A DNA stretch of 63,981 bases, filler included, from Malassezia furfur (taxonomy: Eukaryota): the NCBI GenBank assembly GCA_052055015.1. It is 6 parts of 6 records of this genome, joined end to end, with 100 filler letters (N's around TTAATTAATTAA, not from the genome) between each part and the next. Parts side by side here need not be neighbours in the genome. Positions count along the whole stretch, not along the records: positions 33,064 to 43,937 come from JBQJIT010000381.1; 5 more parts are not named here. One strand, written 5' to 3'. Made by a program: the position numbers and the translations under genes. Positions 33,104-43,802 of the stretch are shown here, in pieces. The notes beneath the pieces are model-generated. The model saw only the letters and a list, made by a program, of their open reading frames with translations. It was not told the origin of the DNA and made no database searches. The stretch's first letter is position 1, and each line of letters opens with the position of its first letter.

Positions 33104-34138
33104 AGGGGCCTCGCCGGAAGCCTCGTCTTGCGTGCCAGCGGCGTCGGCGGCGTCCGCTGCCGCGGCCTCCTCGTCGTCCCCCGTCGCCTTCGCCGCCGGG
33201 ATGCCCGCGGCGGGTATGTGCGAGCTCTTGGGGTCCGGCGTCACCATGCGCATGCGGTGCTCGGCGTCCTCACCGACCTGCTCGGCGGTGAGCGTGGCCA
33301 ATTCCGGCTCCTGCGCCGCGACGTCGTCGACGTACGCGGGGTCCGCATCGAGCGGCAGCGTCGCGAGGCGCGCAAACAGCTCGCGCGTCATGCGCAGCGT
33401 GCGGTGCTCCGCAGAGCGGCGCAGCGCCGTCGAGAGCCGCGTCTGGCAGCACATGCTCAGGCACGTCTCCATCATCTCGCAGATGTTCTGGTCGCCGAGC
33501 AGGTCGACGAGCGGCGTGCCCGGCGTGCCGTCCGCGGCATGCACACGCCCACACACGAGCTGCTCCATCACGTCGAGGATCGCGAGCAGCACCACCTCGT
33601 CCTTGCCCGCGTCCGACGGCTCGAAGCGGCAGTGCGACGCGGCATGCGCCACGTCCTGCACGGCGCGCACGAGGCCGATGCTGTCCTCGCGGAAGAGGCC
33701 GTGTTGCAGGAACGTCGCGAGCGCCTCGAGCACGGTGTGCGTCACGACGCTCGTCGTGCGCGCGCTCAGCACCACGCGCAAAAAGTGGCTCAGCAGCGCG
33801 GGCAGCGGCACTTCGGTCACGTCGCGCACCATGCGCAGCTGCGCACGGAGCACCGTGAAGCCGCCGAGCAGACCGACGCTGCTCTCGGCACGCGCATCGC
33901 CCGTGCCATCCTCGTGCGCGAGCGCGTACGCGGCGCGCGTCAGGCTCAGCGCCGACGTCGACGTCGTCGCCGAGCTCAGCAGCGCGTTCGGCGCCGTCGC
34001 CGCGAGCGCCCAGCGCGGGCTCGAGCGCATCGCAGAGGTCACCGCATTGATCTGCCGGATCACCAGGTGCATCAGCGCGCCGCGCTCGTCGTGCGCTGCG
34101 CGCGCACGGCGCTCCGTCGCTCCGCGGCCCCTCGTCAT
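33064..34138 (-). CDS. GEA2: Large Arf-GEF Gea1/Gea2/GBF1, N-terminal part, 3'-truncated
   Basis: AVTSAMRSSPRW, ASHCRFEPSDAGKDEVVLLAIL, ICEMMETCLSMCCQTRLSTALRRSAE (DCB region). Confidence 0.88.
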
Positions 34139-34194
34139 GCAGGGCAGCGGTCCACCCACGTCGAGGAATTATGCCCCACGCACCTCCGTTGCGC

Positions 34195-34581
34195 ATGGCC
34201 ACCGCGGCGCCGAGCGACGCCCGCCAGCAGAACCAGCAGCGCTTCGCCCGCGACCTCGAGTTTTTGTCGGCGCTGTGCAACCCGTTCTACCTGCACCAGC
34301 TCTCGCAGCAGGGATACCTGGACGACCCCAACTTCCTGCGCTACCTGCGCTACCTCGAGTACTTCCGGGCGCCGCACTACGTCCAGTACCTCACCTACCC
34401 GCAGACACTCTACTTCCTCGATCTCCTGCAGCATGCCGAGTTTCGCTCGGCTGTGGCCGATACGGCCTGGCCTCATGACACCGCGGCCAAGCAGATTGCT
34501 CACTGGGCGACCTGGCGCCATCGCGACGCCGCTCGCAACAGCCGCAGCCCCACGCGCCAGCCGGACGGAGGCGCCGCGTGA
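34195..34581 (+). CDS. SOH1: Mediator subunit 31
   Basis: RFARDLEFLSALCNPFYLHQL..FLRYLRYLEYF..YLTYPQTLYFLDLLQHAEFR. An alternative in-frame ATG lies at 34171. Confidence 0.95.
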   Translation: MATAAPSDARQQNQQRFARDLEFLSALCNPFYLHQLSQQGYLDDPNFLRYLRYLEYFRAPHYVQYLTYPQTLYFLDLLQHAEFRSAVADTAWPHDTAAKQIAHWATWRHRDAARNSRSPTRQPDGGAA

Positions 34582-35173
34582 CGAGGCGATCCGCGCACCG
34601 CTCGTCCGCCTCGTCGACCCCAACTCGGGCAAGGTCACGGGGCCGTTCAAGCCGCAGGACATTGTCGCCAAGATCGACCGCAAGGCGTTCGCCCTCGTCC
34701 AGGTCGCGCCGGGCGCCGCAAGCGCCGCGAACGCCAAGACTGCCCAGGCCGCCTCCTGGACGATGGACGAGCTGCCCGTGTGCAAGCTCGTGTCGAAGCG
34801 CGACGAGTACCACAAGCAGCGCGAGGCTAAGAAACGCGCCCAGTCGCACGCCGCACCCACCACCACCAAGGACCTGCAGCTCACATGGGGCGTGTCGGGC
34901 AACGACCTCGCACACAAGCTCTCGCGCGCACGCAAGGACCTCGCGCGCGGGCACAAGGTGCACGCCGTGATCCTCTCGAAGAAGGGCACACGCCGCGTCT
35001 ACCCGGGCACGCCCGAGGACGCACAGCGTGTGGAGCTCGTGCGCTCCATCCAGGACGCCCTGTGTGTCGCCGAGGACAACGATACCCCCGTCGCCCGCGT
35101 CACGCAGGGGCCCGAGTGGAAGAACCAGCGCTCCCTGTGCGAGCTGCACGTAGAGCCGCTCGCCGCGCCGTAG
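34433..35173 (+). CDS. Mitochondrial translation initiation factor 3 (IF3-like), overlapping SOH1/MED31
   Basis: PRDEAIRAPLVRLVD..LVQV..PVCKL (IF3-N) and KDLQLTWGVSGNDLAHKLSRARKDLARGHKVHAVI (IF3-C). The N-terminus from ATG 34433 is Arg-rich and lacks acidic residues, like a presequence; alternative ATG at 34475. Confidence 0.8.
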   Translation: MPSFARLWPIRPGLMTPRPSRLLTGRPGAIATPLATAAAPRASRTEAPRDEAIRAPLVRLVDPNSGKVTGPFKPQDIVAKIDRKAFALVQVAPGAASAANAKTAQAASWTMDELPVCKLVSKRDEYHKQREAKKRAQSHAAPTTTKDLQLTWGVSGNDLAHKLSRARKDLARGHKVHAVILSKKGTRRVYPGTPEDAQRVELVRSIQDALCVAEDNDTPVARVTQGPEWKNQRSLCELHVEPLAAP

Positions 35174-35187
35174 CCTCCACCTCCACT

Positions 35188-36645
35188 ATGACGCCCGAAG
35201 AAGCGACGCGCCTGCTGCCGGCGCGCGCCTGCCTGCTCCTGCAGGGCCTGCCGCGCGGCGCACACATCGCGCTCGACCTGCGTGCGGCGCAGGTAGACAC
35301 CCAGTTCGAGGGGTACAAGCTCGTTCCGCCGGGCGTCCACTGCCTCACGTGGCAGGCCGCAGGCGCCGACGACGGCATGGCCGCCTCGGGGCTGCGCACG
35401 GCCCTCGTGCAGTACACACAGCCCCAGCAGGTGCTCGGCCGGCGCTACGACGCGGAGGCCGATACGTGGCGCACGCTCAGCAACGTCGGCGACGCTCACC
35501 TCGTCGTCGCGCCCGAACACCTCCGCACCCTCGACCCGCACCTCGCGCCGTACGCCGCCAGCGACGCGTGGCCGGCGCTCACGCGGCACCTCGACGCGGA
35601 CCGCACGACCGTAGCGCGCGTGTTTGGCGTGCGGTGGGGCGCGGACGCGACGTGCGACTCGTTTACGCCGCTCACCGAGCACCCAGACGTCCTCAGCGAC
35701 CGCGAACTGCGCACGCCCAGCGCCGCGCAGGAGGGCGTGCAGTTCTCGTCGATGACGACGCACCGCCGCGCCAACGACGCGCGTGACGACCCCGAGATCC
35801 TCGTCGAAGGCGCCGCCTCGGACGCCGAGAGCGACGCCCCGTCGTCCTCCGACGAGGACGACACGCCGCACGAAGCGCCGCACGCCGCTTCGGCCGTGTC
35901 GCTGCAGTGCACACCGTTTGCGCTCGACCGTAGTTGGCCGCCCGAGGCGCGCGGTGTGGACCGCACGCGCTTCCGCTTCGACAAGTCGTGGCTCCTTGCC
36001 GATGTGCTGGAGCGCGCGGCCGCGGCGGACGCGGCCTACGCTCGGCGCCTGCGCCGTCCGGCGCCGCCCGCCGCGCCAGCGTACGGTGCGCTGCTGCGCG
36101 AGGCCGAGCTCGTGTTCATCCTGTTCGTGCAGGCTAACAATGCCGCGGCGCTGGAGCACTGGCTCGCGCTACTGACCCTATTTGTGCGTGCGTCGTCGCG
36201 CCTCGGCGCGCCGAGTCACTACGACCTGCATCCGTGCGAGTGGGAGCAGGACACAGCGCGCCCGACGCAGCCGCAGCTCGACGCGCACATCGCGTTTGTC
36301 GAGCTGCTTACTGCGCAGTTCCGTGCGCTCCCAGACGACGCATGGACCGGCGACCTAGCCACGTCGGAGCCGCGCGTGCTCAGCGACCTCGCCGAGCTGC
36401 GGCGCAACATTGCGCGGTCCCTGGGCGCCTGGGCCGCACGTGCGCCGGTGCCGGACGCGGCCAGGCCCCCGCCGCCGCCGCACGAGGCCCTGCTGCGCGC
36501 ATGGAAGGCGCTGAGCGCGACGGCGCATACACGCTTCGGCTGGTCGCTGGACGCCGTGCTCGACGAGGAGGACGAGGCGGACGAGGCAGAGGACGGCGAC
36601 GATGCACCCGTCGTCGTCGAGACTGGATACCCCTATACACTGTAG
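35188..36645 (+). CDS. AAR2: U5 snRNP assembly factor Aar2
   Basis: LPRGAHIALDL..FEGYKLVPPGVH, LDPHLAPY, RTRFRFDKSWLL, LLREAELVFILF..ALEHWLALL, EDGDDAPVVV. Confidence 0.88.
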   Translation: MTPEEATRLLPARACLLLQGLPRGAHIALDLRAAQVDTQFEGYKLVPPGVHCLTWQAAGADDGMAASGLRTALVQYTQPQQVLGRRYDAEADTWRTLSNVGDAHLVVAPEHLRTLDPHLAPYAASDAWPALTRHLDADRTTVARVFGVRWGADATCDSFTPLTEHPDVLSDRELRTPSAAQEGVQFSSMTTHRRANDARDDPEILVEGAASDAESDAPSSSDEDDTPHEAPHAASAVSLQCTPFALDRSWPPEARGVDRTRFRFDKSWLLADVLERAAAADAAYARRLRRPAPPAAPAYGALLREAELVFILFVQANNAAALEHWLALLTLFVRASSRLGAPSHYDLHPCEWEQDTARPTQPQLDAHIAFVELLTAQFRALPDDAWTGDLATSEPRVLSDLAELRRNIARSLGAWAARAPVPDAARPPPPPHEALLRAWKALSATAHTRFGWSLDAVLDEEDEADEAEDGDDAPVVVETGYPYTL

Positions 36646-36921
36646 CTGTACATAACGCCACCGCCTACACTCCCCCTTGTGTGCTCAGCATTGCAGAATC
36701 AAGACGTCCCCACGGAAGTGTCGGACGGATAGGTATGTAATGTGATATGGTTGCTCATCCTCGCACACAAAGGACCGCGCACGGCGCGCGCGCGCACTCC
36801 ACCTTCGCGACTCGAAATTCGGCCGAGTGAAGAACTACATTGTCCACGTGACCCGGCGCAGCAGCACGAAGAGAAGCGCCCGCGAGCGCCGCTGCGGCTC
36901 TCTTCATCGAGTCGAACAACC

Positions 36922-37744
36922 ATGGGACGCGGTACGTACACCGTCCAGCTAACATGTAGTGATCCGTGCTCAGCGTAAGAGCGGTGGCATCTTCAAGGCT
37001 CACACGCGTCTGAACAAGGCTCCGGCGAAGCTCCGTGCTTACGACTTCGCCGAGCGCAACGGCTACATCCGTGGTCTTGTCAAGGAGATCATCCACGACG
37101 CTGGCCGGTATGTTTGACGCATTTTGCTGACCCACAGTGGTGCTCCCCTTGCCCGCGTGACGTTCCGCGACCCTTACCGCTACCAGCTGCGCACCGAGAC
37201 CTTCATTGCTGCTGAGGGTATGCACACGGGTCAGTTTGTGTACTGCGGCAAGAAGGCGCTCCTGAGCGTCGGCAACGTGCTCCCCCTGAGCTCGCTCCCC
37301 GAGGGTACGATTGTGTGCAACGTCGAGGAGAAGTCGGGTGACCGTGGCGCGCTTGCCCGCACCTCGGGCAACTACGCGACCGTCATTGGCCACGACACCG
37401 ACAACAACGTCTCGCGCATCCGTCTCCCCTCGGGTGCCAAGAAGACCGTGTCGAGCTCGGCGCGCGCCACGATCGGTGTTGTTGCTGGCGGTGGCCGTAT
37501 CGACAAGCCCCTGCTCAAGGCCGGCCGTGCCTACCACAAGTACAAGGTCAAGCGCAACAGCTGGCCCCGTACTCGTGGTGTGGCTATGAACCCCGTGGAC
37601 CACCCGCACGGTGGTGGTAACCACCAGCACATTGGTCACTCGTCGACCGTCAAGCGCGGCTCCGTCCCCGGTCAGAAGGTCGGTCTCATTGCCGCCCGCC
37701 GCACCGGTCTCCACCGCGGTACCACCAAGGTCCGGGACGCCTAA
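36922..37744 (+). CDS. RPL2: 60S ribosomal protein uL2 (L2/L8)
   Basis: MGRVIRAQRK after removing intron 36932-36959 (28 nt); second intron 37108-37137 (30 nt); [23 protein letters not shown]. Confidence 0.98.
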
Positions 37745-38123
37745 GCGCCCTCCGGTTGCTTGCGTGGATGCTTGGGATTTGATAGCTCTGGCCCATGGCT
37801 TGATGATGTACTCTGCCGGCCTAAGCCCACACAGGACACAAAATGTATGCGTTTCCGCACACGATGCTCGTTGATTAGGATAGACTAAGTGTCAGCACCT
37901 ACGTGCGCGGCGCGTCACAGCTGCCTGCGCGCCGTACTCTATAGACGCGGCGTCAGTCGGCGCGGCGGCGCGGCCGCCGAGGCAGTCGCCTGCGATTTTT
38001 TTCTTCGCTGCCAATCCTCCAGCCTCGGCGTGCTGCCCAATCACGCGCAAGCGCTTTTCCCCTCGCTGAGAATTTAGGCTGCACTCCTCCTCCACGCCGA
38101 CCGCGCTTGATACCCCGCGAGGC

Positions 38124-39557
38124 ATGGCGGCTACGCTGCGGCTCCTCACTGTACTGGCCGCAGCATATGCGCAATGCACGCGCGCACAGAATGCAACGGT
38201 GCCCACGGGCACAGGAACTGACCCGGCCTGGCTCGAGTACGATGCGCCGTTTGCGCAGCTCATCCCTCCCATCTTTCGCGTCCTGCTCATGATCGCACTG
38301 GGGATCGTCGGGTTCGGCACGGATCTCAACGTCCTGCAGCACTGGGGGATGAACATTTGGAGCAATGCGGGGCCGACGCGCCTGCCGGTGCACCGCACGG
38401 TCCAAAGCGCGCGCGATACCCTGCGTGAGAGCGGCGCCATTTCCCTCTACGTCTTGGCCGGCGCGCACTGCGCGTGGCTGCTCCTGTGCTGGGCGCTGTA
38501 CCGTGTGACCGTGGACCCTGTGAGCCACGAACGCACGCTCCTGGCGCAGTGCTGGGAGGTCGTTGCCTTCGCCGGCCTGCTCGCCTTTTGGTTCATCCCG
38601 AACCCGTTTTGGCACGCGCAGCGCGCCTCGATGCGGTACGTGTACGCACTCATATCCAGCCTGCTCAGCCGCATCTTCTCGCTCTCGCTAAACCAGACCA
38701 TCCAGTTCTCCGACGTGATCTTTGCCGACGTGCTCACCTCTTTTGCCAAGGTGCTCGGCGACGTGTGGCTTTCGCTGGTGGTGGTAGCCTACTCGGTCTG
38801 CAGCGTGCCCGTCACCGAGCGCCTCCTGTGGTCACAGCAAGCGAGCCTGGCAGTGCCGCTGCTGATCAGCGTGCCGTACCTCGTGCGCTTCCGGCAGTGT
38901 GTCTCTGAGTACCGCACGTCGTCCCCGCTCGGCCGCACGTCGCGGTCGACGCGTCCGCTGTACAATGCACTCAAGTACGCCTCGGCGTTCCCCGTGATCT
39001 GGCTGAGCGCCTTTCAGTGCAAGACGCCCGATACCCAAATCCCCGGCGAGCCAGGACACCATGCGCTGTTTGTGAGCCTGCATGGCTTTGTACAGATCCT
39101 GTGGCTCATCGCCGTACTCTTCAATACCCTCTTCTCGTTCTGGTGGGACCTGACGAACGACTGGGGCCTCGATTTGCTCCTCCCGTCGTCGTTCATGGCA
39201 TTCCGCACCGTGCACCTCCCCGAGCTGCATCGCCGCTCCGAGTCACGCACACATGTATTGCGCGCGGACGACGACGACGGTGTCGAGCTTCCGGCGCGTC
39301 CGGCGCACGCGCGGCGGGGGAGTATCCTGCGCGTACCCGAAAAGCCGCTGCCGCTGCCGACGACCGTGTACTACGGTTTCATCGTGGTGAACCTCGTGCT
39401 GCGGTTTACGTGGTCGCTCAAGCTCAGCTCGCACCTGCAGTACCTCGTCGAGTGGCAGCGCGGGCTGTTGCTGCTCGAAGCGCTCGAGCTCGTCCGGCGC
39501 ACTGTGTGGATCCTGCTGCGTGTCGAGTGGGAGCTGGTCAAGCGCGAGGCTCTTTGA
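38124..39557 (+). CDS. ERD1: EXS-family membrane protein, Erd1-like
   Basis: FSDVIFADVLTSFAKVLGD, RFRQC, NALKYASAFPVI, SFWWDLTNDWGL, LRFTWSLKLS, LELVRR..W..LRVEWE. Probable 24-nt intron at 38636-38659. Confidence 0.85.
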   Translation: MAATLRLLTVLAAAYAQCTRAQNATVPTGTGTDPAWLEYDAPFAQLIPPIFRVLLMIALGIVGFGTDLNVLQHWGMNIWSNAGPTRLPVHRTVQSARDTLRESGAISLYVLAGAHCAWLLLCWALYRVTVDPVSHERTLLAQCWEVVAFAGLLAFWFIPNPFWHAQRASMRYVYALISSLLSRIFSLSLNQTIQFSDVIFADVLTSFAKVLGDVWLSLVVVAYSVCSVPVTERLLWSQQASLAVPLLISVPYLVRFRQCVSEYRTSSPLGRTSRSTRPLYNALKYASAFPVIWLSAFQCKTPDTQIPGEPGHHALFVSLHGFVQILWLIAVLFNTLFSFWWDLTNDWGLDLLLPSSFMAFRTVHLPELHRRSESRTHVLRADDDDGVELPARPAHARRGSILRVPEKPLPLPTTVYYGFIVVNLVLRFTWSLKLSSHLQYLVEWQRGLLLLEALELVRRTVWILLRVEWELVKREAL

Positions 39558-39592
39558 CAGAGTGGTGTACATCTATCTACCTTCTTTTCTCT

Positions 39593-40101
39593 CTACCAGC
39601 TGCGGTACGGCACAAAGGCGCCATCGAGCGTAATCTTGACGCGGTCGCCGTCCGGGCCTTGTATTTTGTCGACGTGCACACGCAGATCGACCGCACTCAT
39701 GACGCCGTCACCACACTGCGTGAGTGCACGGCGCACACCTTTTCTTGGATCAGGCCTAGGATCGGACGACCATATACCATAAAGACTTCATACAGGCGGT
39801 ACAGACACGGCTCGCTGGGCGGCACCGGGTCTAGCCCTCCGCGGCGTGGTGTGAAACGAGCGGGGCCCAGATAATGCGAGATGGAATCGCGGATCCGCAA
39901 CAGACCTTGGAGCTTGCTGGCTTCCTCTTGCGTGGGCATGAATAAGCCATAGAAGCTGCATCAAGCACCGCGAGCGTACATGGCTGCTACATAGACCTCG
40001 TCTTTGTCGAGTTCCTGGGCAATGTCGCTAAACTTGAGCCGCCCATTCGCTTTGGAGAAGCGCATCCTGGCCGAGAACTGGTCCTGGGTCAGTTCGTCCA
40101 T
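39593..40101 (-). CDS. CYN1: Cyanate hydratase (cyanase), divergent paralog
   Basis: Introns 39956-39979 (24 nt, in-frame stop) and 39716-39738 (23 nt). [48 protein letters not shown]. Confidence 0.88.
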
Positions 40102-40431
40102 TTCGGCGGTTCTGTCTCCACGCACCGTGCAAGTGAGCCGGCTATATTACCACGCACCGCGCGAGGACCATGCCGGTCAGCTTGGCTCGGCCTGCGCGCG
40201 ACTCGGTAGGGGGCATGGGCCTTGCCGCGATCATACACAGATTATGCCATAGGATGCATGCGCCTTCACAGCCCTGCGGCGTGGCGGCACTGGGCGCTCC
40301 ATTCACTAGGTGGCCCCTGCGCAGCAAAACCCCTCCGCGCGTCGGTCTCGTGCCGATGGACGCAAGGCGAGGGCCGTCGGCCGTGCCCAACAGGAGCATG
40401 CAAGAGTAGTGTAATGTACATCTATCGCGCT

Positions 40432-40939
40432 CTACCAACGGCGATAGGGCAAAAACTTGCCGTCGAGGGTGATTTTGACGCGGTCGCCCTTGGGGTCCTC
40501 GACCTTTTCGACATGGCCACGGAAATCGATGGCGCTCATGATGCCGTCGCCAAACTGCGTCAGTGTGTGCGCACGCACCTTTTCGTTGATGAGGCTCCGG
40601 ATGGGCCGGCCGTACACCATCACGGCCTCGAACAGGCGGTACAGGATGGGGTCCTGTGGAGGCACCGGATCCAACTGCCCGCGGTCAGGGAAGTAGTGCT
40701 CGCCGAGGTACTCGCCGACGTAGTCGATGCCGAGTGCCTTGTTGAGGTTTTCGACGTCGCCCTCCTCCGGCTTTGCCTGTCCGTAGAAGCTGGGTCAGTG
40801 CGTGTGCGACGTACATGGCGGCGACGAACAGCTCGTCGCGACCGAGCTGCTGGGCGAGGTCTGCGAACGTAAGCCCCTTTTCGCTCTTGATCTGGCGGAG
40901 ACGCTCGAAGAACTGGGGGTATGTAAGGTTGGCGCTCAT
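40432..40939 (-). CDS. CYN1: Cyanate hydratase (cyanase), canonical copy
   Basis: Introns 40790-40814 (25 nt) and 40555-40578 (24 nt). [45 protein letters not shown]. Confidence 0.94.
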
Positions 40940-41183
40940 CGTGCGGGGAAGCCAAGGCAGAAGAAGTCCGGCGGCCCTCGGAGGACCCCAAGTAGGGCCA
41001 CCCGTGGGTTTCGGGCAGGCACGTCGGATGTGGAGCGAATCGGGTGCGGTGTCCGATTTCCGTTCCTGAGATCGCGCCGAGATCGCCGCGGTGCGAGCCG
41101 GGTCGATCCGAGGCGGCTTGGCGCACAGGTCGGGGCCGCGCGGCGCGTGTGCGTAAAGCAGGGAGAGTGTACATGGAGACTAT

Positions 41184-43729
41184 CTACTTGTAGCGCTTCT
41201 TGGCCGTAGTGATGTGCTTGCGCAGCCGCTTGCTCTTCTCGCGGAGCGACGCATTCTTCTTGCTGCGCACGCCCCAGCTCTTGGCGACCATCTGGAAGTT
41301 TTTCCCGCGCGCCTTTTGCCGGTTCGTGGTACTGCTGTACTGCTCCTTGTTCTTCTTGCCCTTGGAGCTGCCAAACTTGCCGCGGTCCTCGCGCCCGCTC
41401 TGAATGCTCTTCATACGCTCCTCGTAGTCTGCCTTGGCCTTCTTGCGGGGCCCCAGGATATCGCTCTCGTCCACGACGTCGCTCGTGCCGACGGCCGTCG
41501 CGCGCTTCTTGGACTGGAGCGCGGCGAGCTCGCGGCGCGCCGCGGCGCCGGCCGCGCCGGACTGCTTCGCGGCCTCCTCGGCCTGCTGCAGACGCAGCTC
41601 GTTTAGCTTGGCAAAGTCAGCGGGCGTCAGGATCTTGGTGGTGGCGAGCTCGAGCAGCTTCTCGTTGTCCTGTGGCGCCTCCTGCGGTGGTGCCTCGGCG
41701 GACGCCTCGTCCTCGTCGCTGCTCGCCTCGGCGCGCTGCGCCTTGGCCTGCTGCTCGGCACGGCGTCGGCGCCGCGCCTCGCGCACGCGCTCGTGGACGG
41801 GCCGGGTGTCCTTGGGCTGTGCGGCGTCCTCGGCGGGCTTTTCGTCGTCGCTCAGATCGAGGTCGCTGCGGTCCAGCGAAAAGTGGGAGTCTGCGTCGTC
41901 GTCGGAGCTGACCTTGATCCAGCCGGTGGACGAGTCGGAGTCGCTGTCGGAGGCCTCTTCGAGCTCCCAGCCCTGCCACTCGTCGTTGTCGTCTTCTTCG
42001 CCGGCCTCCTTCTTGTGCTCGAGGTGCTCTGCGAGAAGTTCGAGGCCCTGGATGCCGTGCACCTCGTTGCGGTCCACGCCGAAGCGCGCCGGCGATTTGC
42101 CGCCCGCGAGCGCGATGGCGCCCGCCTTGCCGCGGTCGACGCGCCGCAGCATCGCGGGGTTCACCTCGCGGTAGAGCTGCATGAGCCCGCGCGACGCGGC
42201 GCTCACGCCCTTGTCCTTCGACTTGCGGTAGTCGACCAGGTCGTGCAGCAGATCCTCCTCCATGCACCACGGCTGCCGGCGGCACACCTCGCGGATCGTG
42301 TTGATCCCCGCGGCGACCACCTCGGCGCTCACACCGGGGTGCACAAACCCGTATGCGATCTTGCGGATCGCCGGCGTGAGCATGTCGGTCGGCGACTGGT
42401 CGTGCACGGACTGCGCCAAGGAGACGAGGATCAGCGTGATGTGCAGCTGGTGCGGCACGAGGTACTTGCCGAGGTACGAGTAGAACGGCAGCACAACGAG
42501 GCGGTGCGTGCCGATCACGCGGCTCAGCAGCTGGATGATGCGCACCTTCATCTCGAGGTTGTGCCGCTTGTCGCCGCGGCTCAGATTCTCAAACAGGGCG
42601 TCGGCGAACGCCTGCGGGTCGTTCAGCAGGTGGATCGCGGCCATGTTGCTCGTCTCCTTCTCCTCCTTTTCGAGCTCCTTCTCGCTCTGCTCCTTGCGCC
42701 GGCGCCGCGCCTGGGCCTGCGCGAGCTTCAGGCGGCGCTCGCCGGCTTTGCTCTTGCGCCCGACCTTGCGCTGGTGCTGCAGGCGGCCGACGTTCGGGAT
42801 CGCCGCCTCCTGCTCGCTGCCCTCGTCGTCGCTGTCGCCGGTCGCCGACTCGGCCGCGTGCAGGTCGCCGAGGAAGAAGCGCACCGCTGACGCTTGCACC
42901 TTGGGGTGCGGGTGGACACACGCGCGCGCGAGCAGCGCGACGGTGCGTGTGTCGGTCCAGATACGCCGGCGCCACATTTCCGCCGCGACACGCACTGCCC
43001 AGAGCGCCTCGGTGCGCCCCGCGAGCTCCGTGTCGGCGCGGCGCAGCACCACCGGCCCGTTCTCCTGCATCCCGCGCTCGACCATGCCAAAGAGCAGGCC
43101 CTGCACCATGCGGTTGAGGCGCATGTTGCTCGACGCGCGGTTCGCCTGTTTGATGTCCTGCACGATGGTGTGCAGAATGGCCTTGCGCAGCTCCGACGAG
43201 GTCGTCGTGCTCAGCAGGGGGAAGAGCGTGCGGAGGAGGCTGGGTGAGGACGGTCAACGTACGTCTCGCTCGTGATCATATTGCGGTTGCGCAGCATCGT
43301 CAGCGCACGGAAGCACGCGTGGCGCACGTCAGGGCCCAGCTGGGCGTGGTGCACGAGGAGCAGCTCGGCAAGGTGGTCCGGCAGCGGCTTCGTCACCTTG
43401 GGGTAGCTCGGCGCAAGCTGCGTGACAAAGGTGAGCAGCTGCTGGAACTGCTCCTGCTGGTCCTTGGTGAGGCGCACCGCGTGCGCCTGCGCATCGCCCG
43501 CGCCCTCGACCTGCTGCCCGATGCCCGAGGCATAGATGCGGCGCAGACTCTCGTAGTGGTTCCACTGCGCGAGGAACTCTTCTGCGTACGCCTCCGGCTC
43601 GCGCTTGAGCAGGTTCTGCAGCGCGGGCAGGTTCGACGTGTTCAGAAGGCCACGCGCCTTGGACCGGTGCATGAGCCCATTCTCACGCACCATCGCCGTC
43701 GGGCGCGGTGCGGCACTCGCCTTGGCCAT
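41184..43729 (-). CDS. SDA1: 60S ribosome biogenesis factor Sda1
   Basis: NLPALQNLLKREPEAYAEEFLAQWNHY; intron 43240-43262 (23 nt); AGINTIREVCRRQP, KILTPADF, SSTTNRQKARGKNFQM. Confidence 0.95.
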
Positions 43730-43749
43730 CGTGCCGAGAAGCACCTGCC

Positions 43750-43765
43750 GAAAAAAAAAAATTTC
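43750..43765. promoter_or_regulatory. RRPE-like A-tract element in a divergent promoter
   Basis: GAAAAAAAAAAATTTC lies in the 73-bp gap between SDA1 and a probable DBP7 start, within otherwise GC-rich DNA. Confidence 0.5.
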
Positions 43766-43802
43766 GCAGGTGGAGGCGCTTCCTGCACGCACAGGGGCCA
43801 CG

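Noticed and set aside
33128..34432. Upstream part of the 681-aa ORF that contains IF3
   Set aside because: It is antisense to GEA2 and out of frame with SOH1, and reads as Arg/Ala-rich shadow sequence. Only the part from 34433 looks coding.
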